A stretch of DNA of 64,000 nt, taken from Utricularia gibba (taxonomy: Eukaryota > Plantae > Magnoliophyta). The position numbers and the translations under genes are program-made. Below, piece by piece: positions 63,539 to 64,000 of this stretch; positions within the stretch are counted from its first letter, which is position 1, and each line of letters begins with the position of its first letter. The notes below the pieces were generated by a model, which saw only the letters and a list, made by a program, of their open reading frames with translations, was not told the DNA's origin and did not search any database. The stretch covers positions 248,001 through 312,000 of the forward strand of contig NEEC01000024.1 of assembly GCA_002189035.1 (NCBI GenBank), in the 5' to 3' direction.

Positions 63539-64000
63539 TCACACCACAGGACACACGCGGGAAAAAGAGCTCCTCCGCTCTCGCAGATCATTCTCCAGGG
63601 AAATGCTGGGACAGACGCTGCTCACGGAGAGCGAGTCTTCGTCCACACCTAGCAGCGCAAGGTTTAAATGGGATTGAAGATTACTAGGCGGCGATGCATC
63701 CTCTTGGAATGCCTCCGCCTCTGTGATAGCTTGATGCCTAGTCCAATTTGTCATCTCTTTGTCGCCTCGAAGAACTTTAAGAACCTACGGAGTTCAAACA
63801 TTTTTTGGGATTAAAAGCATGACAGAGAGGCCAAAACCTTGTTTCAGCTAGAATTGTATGTAATTGCAAATTACGAGACTCATTTTGGGTCGTGCTTGTT
63901 GTGAATGCCGCACACAAAGTGACGCAGCAAGAGCCATCCTTTCGACTTGTTGACGGTCGTAATTGTTACCCATTTTTGGGTCAAGGAGCGTGGGGAACTT
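63539..64000 (-). CDS. 3' end of a receptor-like cytoplasmic Ser/Thr kinase (USP-domain kinase family-like); exons 63875->64000 and 63539-63784
   Basis: LLDPKMGNNYDRQQVERMALAASLCVRHSQQARPKMSL|VLKVLRGD (subdomain XI); tail SNLQSHLNLALLGVDEDSLSVSS; GT-AG intron 63785-63874. The gene continues beyond the window. Confidence 0.85.

Overview
Plant nuclear DNA carrying three host genes and a dense nest of LTR retrotransposons. The host genes are a TBL7-like O-acetyltransferase (+, 190-1619, with a 1-nt frameshift), an intact five-exon ILL6-like amino-acid-conjugate hydrolase (-, 13676-15540), and the last two exons of a receptor-like cytoplasmic kinase (-, 63539-64000). Most of the rest is decayed, nested retroelements. 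These include a Reina-like chromovirus, several Athila-type LTR families, two largely complete Tat/Retand elements with dual RNase H and an antisense extra ORF, and an Angela-type Ty1/copia split by a 16.6-kb Athila-bounded insertion. There are also five solo LTRs with target-site duplications, a hAT remnant and a Tourist-like MITE. No rRNA, tRNA or CRISPR was seen. All alignments and counts were made by eye, and clade names come from recalled motifs, not database searches. I found no clearly new biological system. The best candidates for follow-up are the Tat antisense ORF, the chimeric TSD-bounded Athila unit and the TBL7 frameshift.
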